A stretch of DNA of 64,000 nucleotides. Source: Candidatus Thorarchaeota archaeon (GTDB lineage: Archaea > Asgardarchaeota > Thorarchaeia > Thorarchaeales > Thorarchaeaceae). The position numbers were made by a program, and so were the translations under genes. The notes beneath the pieces are model-generated. The model was not told the DNA's origin. It worked only from the letters and a program-made list of their open reading frames with translations, and did no database searches. The stretch is from assembly GCA_029858305.1 (NCBI GenBank), contig JAOUFI010000003.1, positions 15,788 through 79,787 on the forward strand. Direction: 5' to 3'. Positions 10,098 through 18,146 of the stretch are shown piece after piece. Position 1 is the first letter of the stretch, and every line of letters begins with the position of its first letter.

Positions 10098-11222
10098 ATG
10101 AATATCGATAATCTTTCAGAAATACTACGGAATTGTGGTTCATGTAATTATTGTAGAGACACATGTCCTATGTATATCGAGCTAAAATCGGAGCTTGACA
10201 GTCCAGGAGGAAAACTACGAGCTCTACGAGCATATGCCACTAAAATGAGGAATCCACCAATCGAGCTCCTACAGAGACTCTACTGTGCAGACTGTCGTCG
10301 TTGTGAAGCAATATGTCCTGCTGGAGTCCCTGTCACAACCATCTGGCATGATGCCAAGAAACAACTACTAAAAACAGGAGCAGAGATGACAGAGTCACTT
10401 CAGAAAGTCCTCGATTGGATAGAGAAAGAAGGGACACCCTTCATCGGATATGAATCTGATGATAGAACTTTATGGGCTGAAGATCTAAAGCTTCCTCCAG
10501 AATCAAATACAGCGATATTTTCAGGTTGCATGGGTTCATTCTGGTATCCAGATCAACCTGAAACAGTAGTCGACATGTTGCATAAATTAAATGTCAATGC
10601 AGGCTATGTGCCCAGCGAAGTCTGTTGTGGTCTATTCAACTACTGGGCAGGTGATGATGAGGGATTCGAAAAAGTAGTTCGCAAGAATTACGAGATGTTC
10701 AAGAAAGCAGGAGTCGACCATATTGTCACCGGTTGCGGTGGTTGCTATGGCACACTGGCAGAACATTATCCCCACATAATTCCCGACTTTGATATCAAGA
10801 TTCTGCATACAGTAGAAGTCTTGGCGGATATGGTTCGCAACGGAGTTCTCACGTTCGAAGAGTTGGAAGGGAGCTATACTTATCACGATAGTTGTCATCT
10901 CGGAAGAGCTTTGGGTATCTATGAACCCCCAAGAGAGATCATAAAGGCGATTCCCGGACTTGAGTTCGTTGAGATGAAAAACAGCAGAGAAAGTTCGAAC
11001 TGTTGTGGTGGTTTCCTTTCAGTTCTCGATCCAGATTTAGCTGAATCTGTAGGAAGACGGAGAGTTGCAGAAGCAGAAGAACTAGGAGTTGATGGGATTA
11101 TCACGACATGCGTGTCGTGTTATAAGAACCTCAGCTATAATGCAAGGGAAACAAAGCTGAAAGTCATTCAGCTTGATGAACTAATACTAGATAAAGCTAG
11201 ATCCTCTCAAGTAGGGGGGTAG
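10098..11222 (+). CDS. Fe-S oxidoreductase, HdrD/GlcF-like (2x4Fe-4S plus two CCG domains), copy 1
   Basis: CGSCNYCRDTCP, CADCRRCEAICP, VCCG..GCGGC, YHDSCHLG..NCCGG..CVSC. Confidence 0.9.
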   Translation: MNIDNLSEILRNCGSCNYCRDTCPMYIELKSELDSPGGKLRALRAYATKMRNPPIELLQRLYCADCRRCEAICPAGVPVTTIWHDAKKQLLKTGAEMTESLQKVLDWIEKEGTPFIGYESDDRTLWAEDLKLPPESNTAIFSGCMGSFWYPDQPETVVDMLHKLNVNAGYVPSEVCCGLFNYWAGDDEGFEKVVRKNYEMFKKAGVDHIVTGCGGCYGTLAEHYPHIIPDFDIKILHTVEVLADMVRNGVLTFEELEGSYTYHDSCHLGRALGIYEPPREIIKAIPGLEFVEMKNSRESSNCCGGFLSVLDPDLAESVGRRRVAEAEELGVDGIITTCVSCYKNLSYNARETKLKVIQLDELILDKARSSQVGG

Positions 11223-11241
11223 GAAGAGTTACATAGAAACA

Positions 11242-12585
11242 ATGGAGATGTTAGTTATGAGCAAAGAAAAAGGCACACGAGTTGTTGTCGTAGGTGGCGG
11301 AATTTCAGGATTCAGTTGTGCACTAGAATTGAAAGGTCTGAAGGCACGTTGTACGATTCTTGAAAAAGAGAAGACTGTCGGTGGTCGAGCAAGATCCTAC
11401 ACAGAATCGGGATATGTATTTGACCAAGGTCTGCACTTTTTCGTAGGTGGCTTCAAATCACTTATCCCAATTCTTGAGAGAAGTGGAGTAAAAATGACCA
11501 CTGTCGGTGAGGGTGCAGTATGGTTGAAGGATGGGAATAGGCATCTCATCCGTAGATCAGCTGTTGAGCTCGCAAAATTCGGACTTCTTCCTACAGCCGA
11601 TAGGGCTAAACTAGGATTACTAGTTCAGGAGAATATAAAGCGAAAGGAAGCCGAGTTCAAAGAACTTGACAAAATGACCTTTTCTGAATATGCCGAGGAT
11701 AAGAAGATTCCAGAGTCTATTCAGAATGATTTCTATGAACCTCTTATTAAAACAGTCACCTTCATGCATCCAGATGAGGTTTCTGCAGGACAATATCTAT
11801 ACTCAGAACACTTGAGATTTGCATATGAGGATGGCTTTAGTGCTATGTATCCAGAACGTGGAGGATTAGGGAGTGTAGCATATACCCTGATGCTTCAAGC
11901 ACGCAACTTTGGAGTAGAGCCACAAGTCAACTGTGCTGTCAAGCAAGTAATAATCGAGGATAGTAAAGTCGTTGGTGTTGATTATGAACAGGATGGGGAG
12001 AGCAAACACCTCGATACCGATGCTGTTGTGATAACTGTTCCAATTGACCTCTTGCCCAACTTTGTGAAAATGAGTGATTTGCCAAAAGAGTTTACACAGA
12101 AGATTTCAAAATTCGAATATACTCCCTCTACTGTTGCTTACTTCGGTCTGAAGTCAAGAGTTTTGGATTTCAATGTTGGAGCCTTTGTACCAGGAAGAAA
12201 AATCAACATTGTTGCTGAAGCAAAGAGAGTATCAGGAGTTTTGGCACCAATTGGTGAGTCCCTCTTAACAGTAACCGGTATTGATAAAGAACTTCTCAAA
12301 ATGAGTGATGAGGAAGCTACTCAAGAAATACTTGATGAGCTAGAGATTCTTATTCCCGGAGTAAAAGATAAGGTCACATGGAAGAAGAGTTGGAAAATCT
12401 GGAAATCAGTTCTTAAGCAGCCACCAGGAATCATGGATGACCGCTTGAAGTCTAACCGAACAGGTATACAAGGACTCTATGTTGCTGGTTCATATGCGAA
12501 CTGCGGCATGTATTATGCCTCTATGGAAGCAGCTTCTAGATCCGGTATTGCTTGCGCGGGCGAGATGATTGAGGATCTTAAGTGA
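11242..12585 (+). CDS. FAD-dependent oxidoreductase, amine oxidase / phytoene desaturase / HpnE-like family
   Basis: VVGGGISG, EKEKTVGGRARS, FDQGLHFF, C-terminal GLYVAG..YASMEAASRSG. Confidence 0.75.
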   Translation: MEMLVMSKEKGTRVVVVGGGISGFSCALELKGLKARCTILEKEKTVGGRARSYTESGYVFDQGLHFFVGGFKSLIPILERSGVKMTTVGEGAVWLKDGNRHLIRRSAVELAKFGLLPTADRAKLGLLVQENIKRKEAEFKELDKMTFSEYAEDKKIPESIQNDFYEPLIKTVTFMHPDEVSAGQYLYSEHLRFAYEDGFSAMYPERGGLGSVAYTLMLQARNFGVEPQVNCAVKQVIIEDSKVVGVDYEQDGESKHLDTDAVVITVPIDLLPNFVKMSDLPKEFTQKISKFEYTPSTVAYFGLKSRVLDFNVGAFVPGRKINIVAEAKRVSGVLAPIGESLLTVTGIDKELLKMSDEEATQEILDELEILIPGVKDKVTWKKSWKIWKSVLKQPPGIMDDRLKSNRTGIQGLYVAGSYANCGMYYASMEAASRSGIACAGEMIEDLK

Positions 12586-12601
12586 CTCTAAGTTCAAATT
12601 G

Positions 12602-12640
12602 ATATAGCCAAGGGTGAGACTACCCTTGGCATAACTATAT
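12602..12640. other. Intercistronic stem-loop
   Basis: GCCAAGGGT-GAGACT-ACCCTTGGC perfect 9-bp stem (12607-12630) with an ATATAG/CTATAT extension. No strong U-tract. Confidence 0.5.
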
Positions 12641-12676
12641 ACTGCAAGTATGAAATTCAGGACTAGATAGATTCCT

Positions 12677-13885
12677 GTGGTGTACTTTGAGATGACCAAA
12701 CTGGACTTCATTGAGAGATACGGGCAAGAAAACGAACCGTATATCTGCGCATCATGTGGGAACTGCACTCTTGTGTGTCCAGTTTACAGCGAATTGAAAT
12801 GGGAATCCTACGGTCCCAGAGGAAAGCTCCATGTCGTTAAATCGATAATCGAAGGAGAAGGTGAATTTGGAAAGGATTTCGCTCACAAAATATTCCTCTG
12901 CAATCTTTGTGAGCATTGTACTTCTGTTTGCACAACTGGTATTAGTCTTGACAGATTTTGGGAAGTAGCTAGAGCAGAGGTCAGAGAGAGGGGTCTCTTG
13001 CCAGCACCAGCACAATTCGTTCTAAAGTCGGTCAAAGAACGTGGCGACATCATGTGGATGGGTTCTGCGGATAGACTCCTTTGGATGGAAGGTATTGATG
13101 AGCTGGTCAAAGATCGCATCCTGAAAAAAGCCAAAGTTGCGTATTTTCTTGGTTGCAATGTTTCATTAAAATCGCAGCTACATGATGTTGCACAATCAAT
13201 GGTTAAAATCATGGACTATGCTGGTATCGACTTTACCCTACTAGGTGAGAAAGAAGTATGTTGTGGTGCTCCTCTGAGTTGGGCTGGAAATCTTAAAGAC
13301 ATCAATGAAATGGCTGAGAAGAATCTGTCACTGATTCGTGAACTAGGTGTTGAAACTGTAGTTTTTAGCTGCCCCTCCTGTATTCAGACATGGTCGGAAT
13401 ACAGCAAATCTGTAAAAGAAGACAAGAGTATTGAGCTGTTGACAGCATCTCAATTCATCAACCGTCTAATTCGAGAGAAACGACTTCATTTCGAAGAACA
13501 ACCTATGATTACGACAACATTTCATGATCCATGCATATCTGCGAGGGTCTTGAAAGCGACTGAGGAACCGAGAGAGATAATGGATGAGATTCCCGGAGTA
13601 TATCATGTCGAAATGAATCCATCCCGACAAAACACGAGGTGCTGTGGCGCTCATGGTTTACTTGATGTTGTTGATCCAGTTCTTTCATCAAGAATTGCTG
13701 AAAGACGCCTTAGAGATGTTACTGTTACCCCGGCCACTCGAATTGTCACTGAGTGTCCGCGATGCATTCTAGCATTTGACCTAGCAAAATTTACAACTGG
13801 TTATGAGATGTTGGTACAAGATATTACACAACTTGTAGAAGGTGCTTTGTCGCCAAAAGAACAGGGAGGTGGCAAAGACCACTGA
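12677..13885 (+). CDS. Fe-S oxidoreductase, HdrD/GlcF-like, copy 2
   Basis: CASCGNCTLVCP, CNLCEHCTSVC, VCCG..CPSC, FHDPC..RCCG..ECPRC. Confidence 0.9.
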   Translation: MVYFEMTKLDFIERYGQENEPYICASCGNCTLVCPVYSELKWESYGPRGKLHVVKSIIEGEGEFGKDFAHKIFLCNLCEHCTSVCTTGISLDRFWEVARAEVRERGLLPAPAQFVLKSVKERGDIMWMGSADRLLWMEGIDELVKDRILKKAKVAYFLGCNVSLKSQLHDVAQSMVKIMDYAGIDFTLLGEKEVCCGAPLSWAGNLKDINEMAEKNLSLIRELGVETVVFSCPSCIQTWSEYSKSVKEDKSIELLTASQFINRLIREKRLHFEEQPMITTTFHDPCISARVLKATEEPREIMDEIPGVYHVEMNPSRQNTRCCGAHGLLDVVDPVLSSRIAERRLRDVTVTPATRIVTECPRCILAFDLAKFTTGYEMLVQDITQLVEGALSPKEQGGGKDH

Positions 13886-15603
13886 AAATCAATGAACTCC
13901 AAATTGGTGACATCGTTGGGGCTGACAATGTATCCACGACTCCAGAAACTTGCATGATATATTCAAAAGATGTGACAAGTCTGCCTGATCTAGCTCATCA
14001 AATTGTGAGTCCGAGATTTGATGTGGTGACTCAGCCTGTGGATGTGCTATCACTTCAAAATCTAATCATCTATGCCATAGAGAACGGGATACCTATTGTA
14101 CCTCGGGGGAATGGCACCTCTGGCTGGGGTGGGGCAATTCCCACCAGAGGAGGTCTTTGTATCTCTCTTTCAGCAATGTCGGGAATTTTGTATTTTAACG
14201 AATTTGAGTCTGCTGTGACAGTGGAAACTGGAATTACTTGGAGAGATCTGTTGGCATTCTTGGAACGACTTGGGTTTACATTGCCGGTTTACCCATCAAG
14301 TGCCACTGCAGCTACAGTAGGGGGTTTTGTCGCCAGTGGAGGTCTTGGAATAGGCTCAACTCGTAATGGAGACATTCTGAAGCAGGTTATTGGAATCGAA
14401 GCCATCTTACCAAATGGGAAAATTGTCAGATTAGGTAGATTATTGTTGGATTCGAAAACTGATCCACTCAGGGAGAAAGTTGAGGAAGGCAACTCCTGGT
14501 TAAGTGAGAAGCTATCTGATGCTGGACTTGGCTCTCCAGAACAAGAAACCAAGCTTTTCACTGGGACATATGGCACACTTGGCATCATAACTAAAGTTAC
14601 ACTCAAGACAATACCCAACCTCCAGCTCATCCCCTTTTCATGCTCATTTGATCGTATGACTGACCTAGTAAGAGCAGCTGATAGAATACTCTCTGAGGTC
14701 AAACCATACTACATGAGATTTCTTGCAGATAATTACACTTCTAAATTAAGAGCCTTGAGTGAATATGAAAATGAGAGTGGAAAGTATATTCTCACAGGAG
14801 CTCTTCTTGATACTATCTACCAAAATGAGGATAACATTGAGATAATCAAGACTGTAACAAACGAGGAAAAAGGATATGTACTAGATGATAAGCGATCATG
14901 GTTTTATTGGTCTGAAAGGCTCTATCCTTTGAGAATCAAGCGACATGGACCAAGCCTTGTTCCTGCAGAAATGCTCGCGCCTATGAACATGCTTCCAGAA
15001 ATACTTGAAAAGACAAAGGCAGAACTTCGAAATTCAAAGGTAGCAATTGAGGGGACACTAAGCAACGATGGCACAACATCATTCATGGTCTGGATTTTGG
15101 ATGATGAGAGAAAAAAAGTTTCATTCACCATTGGCTGGTACAGATCTTTTCAGATTGCATCACTCGCTGAAAGGTTCGGAGGGCTCCCATATGCAGTAGG
15201 GCTTTGGAACGGGAGGCATGCAAGAAAATTCTATGGAAATGACTCTTATAAAAATCTCAAAGTAATGAAGAAGAAACTTGATCCATCTAACATAATGAAT
15301 CCGCTGAAGGTCTTTGGAGGTAGAGTTACGATTGGTCGTGAATCAATGCTCCTCGGATTTCTATTGGGATTTATTGTAACAATGATTGGAGGATGGTTAT
15401 TGCCAGGATTACTTAATCTTGATTGGCTGAATCAATTTCTAAGCTTGAGTCTGGTACAGTTCTTATATTTCCCTAATCTGTGGCTTCTTGGACTAGCTGG
15501 AGGTTTGATAGCAGTCATGATAATCCGATTCATGAGATTAAGCCAGGCACTCGCAATTGGAATTCCAATTCTTAGGATTCTGAGTAAACTGCTTCGACGA
15601 TAG
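13882..15603 (+). CDS. FAD-linked oxidoreductase, GlcD/VAO family, with C-terminal TM helices, copy 2
   Basis: VPRGNGTSGWGG, YPSSATAATVGG, GTLGIITK, DPSNIMNP, hydrophobic C-tail. The ORF track starts at 13954. An in-frame CTG at 13882, after GGAGGTGG and overlapping the upstream TGA, restores a DIVG segment shared with copy 3. Confidence 0.85.
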   Translation: MKINELQIGDIVGADNVSTTPETCMIYSKDVTSLPDLAHQIVSPRFDVVTQPVDVLSLQNLIIYAIENGIPIVPRGNGTSGWGGAIPTRGGLCISLSAMSGILYFNEFESAVTVETGITWRDLLAFLERLGFTLPVYPSSATAATVGGFVASGGLGIGSTRNGDILKQVIGIEAILPNGKIVRLGRLLLDSKTDPLREKVEEGNSWLSEKLSDAGLGSPEQETKLFTGTYGTLGIITKVTLKTIPNLQLIPFSCSFDRMTDLVRAADRILSEVKPYYMRFLADNYTSKLRALSEYENESGKYILTGALLDTIYQNEDNIEIIKTVTNEEKGYVLDDKRSWFYWSERLYPLRIKRHGPSLVPAEMLAPMNMLPEILEKTKAELRNSKVAIEGTLSNDGTTSFMVWILDDERKKVSFTIGWYRSFQIASLAERFGGLPYAVGLWNGRHARKFYGNDSYKNLKVMKKKLDPSNIMNPLKVFGGRVTIGRESMLLGFLLGFIVTMIGGWLLPGLLNLDWLNQFLSLSLVQFLYFPNLWLLGLAGGLIAVMIIRFMRLSQALAIGIPILRILSKLLRR

Positions 15604-15826
15604 ATTCAAACCATCATGTTTGCCTTAGCAAAAGATTGAAGTAAACAATGTAGTTTGCATCTCTAATCCTAGATGTATATTTGTATATTGAAGTTTCAAA
15701 TGATATCCAAGAATGTAGTTTAACCAATATGCTCAAATATGAGACATATGTTCCAAAACGAAACTTAGCCAAGGTATTTCAACTAGGTAAAGGTACAAAA
15801 AGAAACCAAAATAGGGTGCAAATGGA

Positions 15827-16423
15827 ATGAAACGAAACCGTGTATCGAGAGTCGCCGTCGCCATTGGCTTCTTGCTATTATTAGTTGCTACTGCTGCGGG
15901 ATCAGTCGGAGCTTTTCCAAGCCAGACAAACGAATGTGGAACAACTGGCTGTCATGATACGCTCGGAACTTTGACTATTGCCTCTAATTCGACGAGCATG
16001 AGTGCAACAACAGGAGAACCTTTTGCTCTTCTTCTAGATGCAGGAAATGGTGCGGATTGGATAGCTATCAGGAATGGGTGGGCGGATAATTCTCAATTCT
16101 TGATTTCTGTAGAGGAGGTAGAGGATGGTTCTGCGAATGACACAAATACAGCCTCAGGAGCAATATCTGTCGAGGTAACATTCACACCATTATCCTCTGG
16201 TGATTTGACAATTCGTATTTGGACAGCTGCTGGAGGCGATTTAGCATCTTCATTAGATATCACTGTCACAGTGACAGGTGAATCAATAACAACAACAACA
16301 CCACCGCCCAACAATGAAGCAGATTTACTTTGGACCTGGAGAATAATGATGATAATACTACCTGTTTCAGTAGGTGTAGTTCTTCTGATTCTAGGTTTTA
16401 CTGTATTCAAGAGGAGATCATGA
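15827..16423 (+). CDS. Exported, membrane-anchored putative mono-heme protein (CX4CH), paralog of the N-terminal part of 7421..8617
   Basis: Signal peptide, CGTTGCHD, ADNSQF..VED segment matching ADNDQF..VED of 7421..8617, Thr/Pro linker, C-terminal TM and KRRS. Confidence 0.55.
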   Translation: MKRNRVSRVAVAIGFLLLLVATAAGSVGAFPSQTNECGTTGCHDTLGTLTIASNSTSMSATTGEPFALLLDAGNGADWIAIRNGWADNSQFLISVEEVEDGSANDTNTASGAISVEVTFTPLSSGDLTIRIWTAAGGDLASSLDITVTVTGESITTTTPPPNNEADLLWTWRIMMIILPVSVGVVLLILGFTVFKRRS

Positions 16424-16437
16424 AGTAGGTGATATGA

Positions 16438-16941
16438 ATGGCATTACATCCAGTTTTTGTTCACTTCCACACTGGAATCCTAGCAGCTGCGGCCGCTCTA
16501 GCATTGATCAGTCTAATCTTGCGATTCTTGTTTCGGGATAACATTCGCACTCCTGGGACACGGCTAGCTCGACTGTTTCATTATATTGATGTGTTTATCT
16601 TCATAGGTAGCATAATCGGCTTCATCGGATTAATTGCAGGTATGATGACAGGATTCATGGAACCAGATTATTCTCTAGCAACACTTGAAGCATTACCGGC
16701 TATGAGGTTCAAAATTCTCTGGTCCATAGTATGTGTTGAAATATACCTCTTCCTAATGGTTGTCCGAGCTAGACTAGGAGATCGGGTTTGGGTAGGCACG
16801 GCTAGCTCCCTAATCTACGGTATTCTTGTTATAGTCGGTGGTCTGCTCATAATCATTATTGCTGCACTTGGAGGAATTGCAGTATATGGAGAATCCATAC
16901 TATCACCCATCCTTGATTGGTTGGGACTACCATGGCCATGA
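16438..16941 (+). CDS. 4-TM membrane protein, DUF2231-like (HPxxVHF)
   Basis: N-terminal LHPVFVHFH, four hydrophobic helices, LGGIAVYG near the C-terminus. Confidence 0.6.
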   Translation: MALHPVFVHFHTGILAAAAALALISLILRFLFRDNIRTPGTRLARLFHYIDVFIFIGSIIGFIGLIAGMMTGFMEPDYSLATLEALPAMRFKILWSIVCVEIYLFLMVVRARLGDRVWVGTASSLIYGILVIVGGLLIIIIAALGGIAVYGESILSPILDWLGLPWP

Positions 16942-16956
16942 TAAGGAGATTCAGTC

Positions 16957-18135
16957 ATGACAAAACCCTATGAACCTCTCAAAATTGAGGGACTTGATAT
17001 TGAACCAACAGTGTGTGCGAGATGTGGTTTCTGCACCTTCGTGTGCCCAGCATATCTTGACACACTTTGGGATTCTCAATCACCGAGAGGAAAGCTATAC
17101 CAACTGAGAGACCTTATTAAAAATAAGAAGAAAATCCCTGCTGACTTTGCAGCCAGGATATTCAATTGTACCTTGTGTGGAGCATGCCAGGAAATTTGTC
17201 AGACAAACATACCTCTTTTGAGATTCTGGCAACTTACGAGAGAAGAGATTGGCAATCTTGAAGAATGGCCAGAAATCGTGAATTATATCGATACCGCCTT
17301 ACAAGAGACCCAAAACATCATGGAAATGGACCAGGATGACAGAACTCTCTGGACCGATATGGTTGATGACCTTGTAGAAAAGAGAACTGGAATCAAAGCT
17401 GAAGTTGCGTATTTTGCAGGCTGCAACATTTCATTCAAAGGCACCCTCGCTCATCTTGGTGAGAATACGATAAAAGTAATGGATGCAGCAGGTGTCGATT
17501 TCACAATACTTGGCAGCGAGGAGTTCTGCTGCGGCAATCCATATTTTGTAGCTGGTGGCTTCGATAAAGCTCGAGAGCTTGCAATGCATAATCTAGCAGC
17601 GCTCAAGGAATTAGGCGTGAAGACGGTTGTATTCAACTGCCCTGGATGTCATCGAGCCTTTGCAGAGGAATATCCCCATCTACTCGGAAAGGATTCGGTA
17701 GAGGGATTAGAGTTTCTGCCTTTCTCCGAGTTTACCCTAAGACTTCTCAAAGAAGGAAAAATCAAGTTCACAAAGAATTACCCTCACACAGTCGCATGGC
17801 ATGATCCATGTGAACTTGGACGTCATCAGAATATCTACAATCCTGCTCGAGAAGTCCTTAATGCAATTCCCGGACTCAAACTGCGGGAGATGAAGCATGC
17901 AAGAAACAAGGCAAGATGCTGTGGCGGTGGAGGACTGCTGAAGGGGACTAATCCAATGATGTCGGTGAGAATATCGGGTCGGAGAGTTGAAGAAGCGGAA
18001 AAGACCGGAGCAGAATTCATAGCTAGCGAATGTCCATCGTGTACGATGTCATTCAATGACGGAATTGAGCACAAGAATTCCAAAATGAAATTCAAGGATT
18101 TGTCACAGATTGTCGTGGAAGCTCTTGGATTATAG
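16957..18135 (+). CDS. Fe-S oxidoreductase, HdrD/GlcF-like, copy 3
   Basis: CARCGFCTFVCP, CTLCGACQEIC, FCCG..CPGC, WHDPCELG..RCCGGGG..ECPSC. Confidence 0.9.
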   Translation: MTKPYEPLKIEGLDIEPTVCARCGFCTFVCPAYLDTLWDSQSPRGKLYQLRDLIKNKKKIPADFAARIFNCTLCGACQEICQTNIPLLRFWQLTREEIGNLEEWPEIVNYIDTALQETQNIMEMDQDDRTLWTDMVDDLVEKRTGIKAEVAYFAGCNISFKGTLAHLGENTIKVMDAAGVDFTILGSEEFCCGNPYFVAGGFDKARELAMHNLAALKELGVKTVVFNCPGCHRAFAEEYPHLLGKDSVEGLEFLPFSEFTLRLLKEGKIKFTKNYPHTVAWHDPCELGRHQNIYNPAREVLNAIPGLKLREMKHARNKARCCGGGGLLKGTNPMMSVRISGRRVEEAEKTGAEFIASECPSCTMSFNDGIEHKNSKMKFKDLSQIVVEALGL

Positions 18136-18146
18136 GTGGTGAAGAG

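Noticed and set aside
10098-18135. Calling the CCG proteins methanogenic heterodisulfide reductase (hdrD) or the pairs glycolate oxidase (glcDF)
   Set aside because: No HdrE or GlcE is present and the flavoproteins lack GEHG. Only family-level calls are justified.
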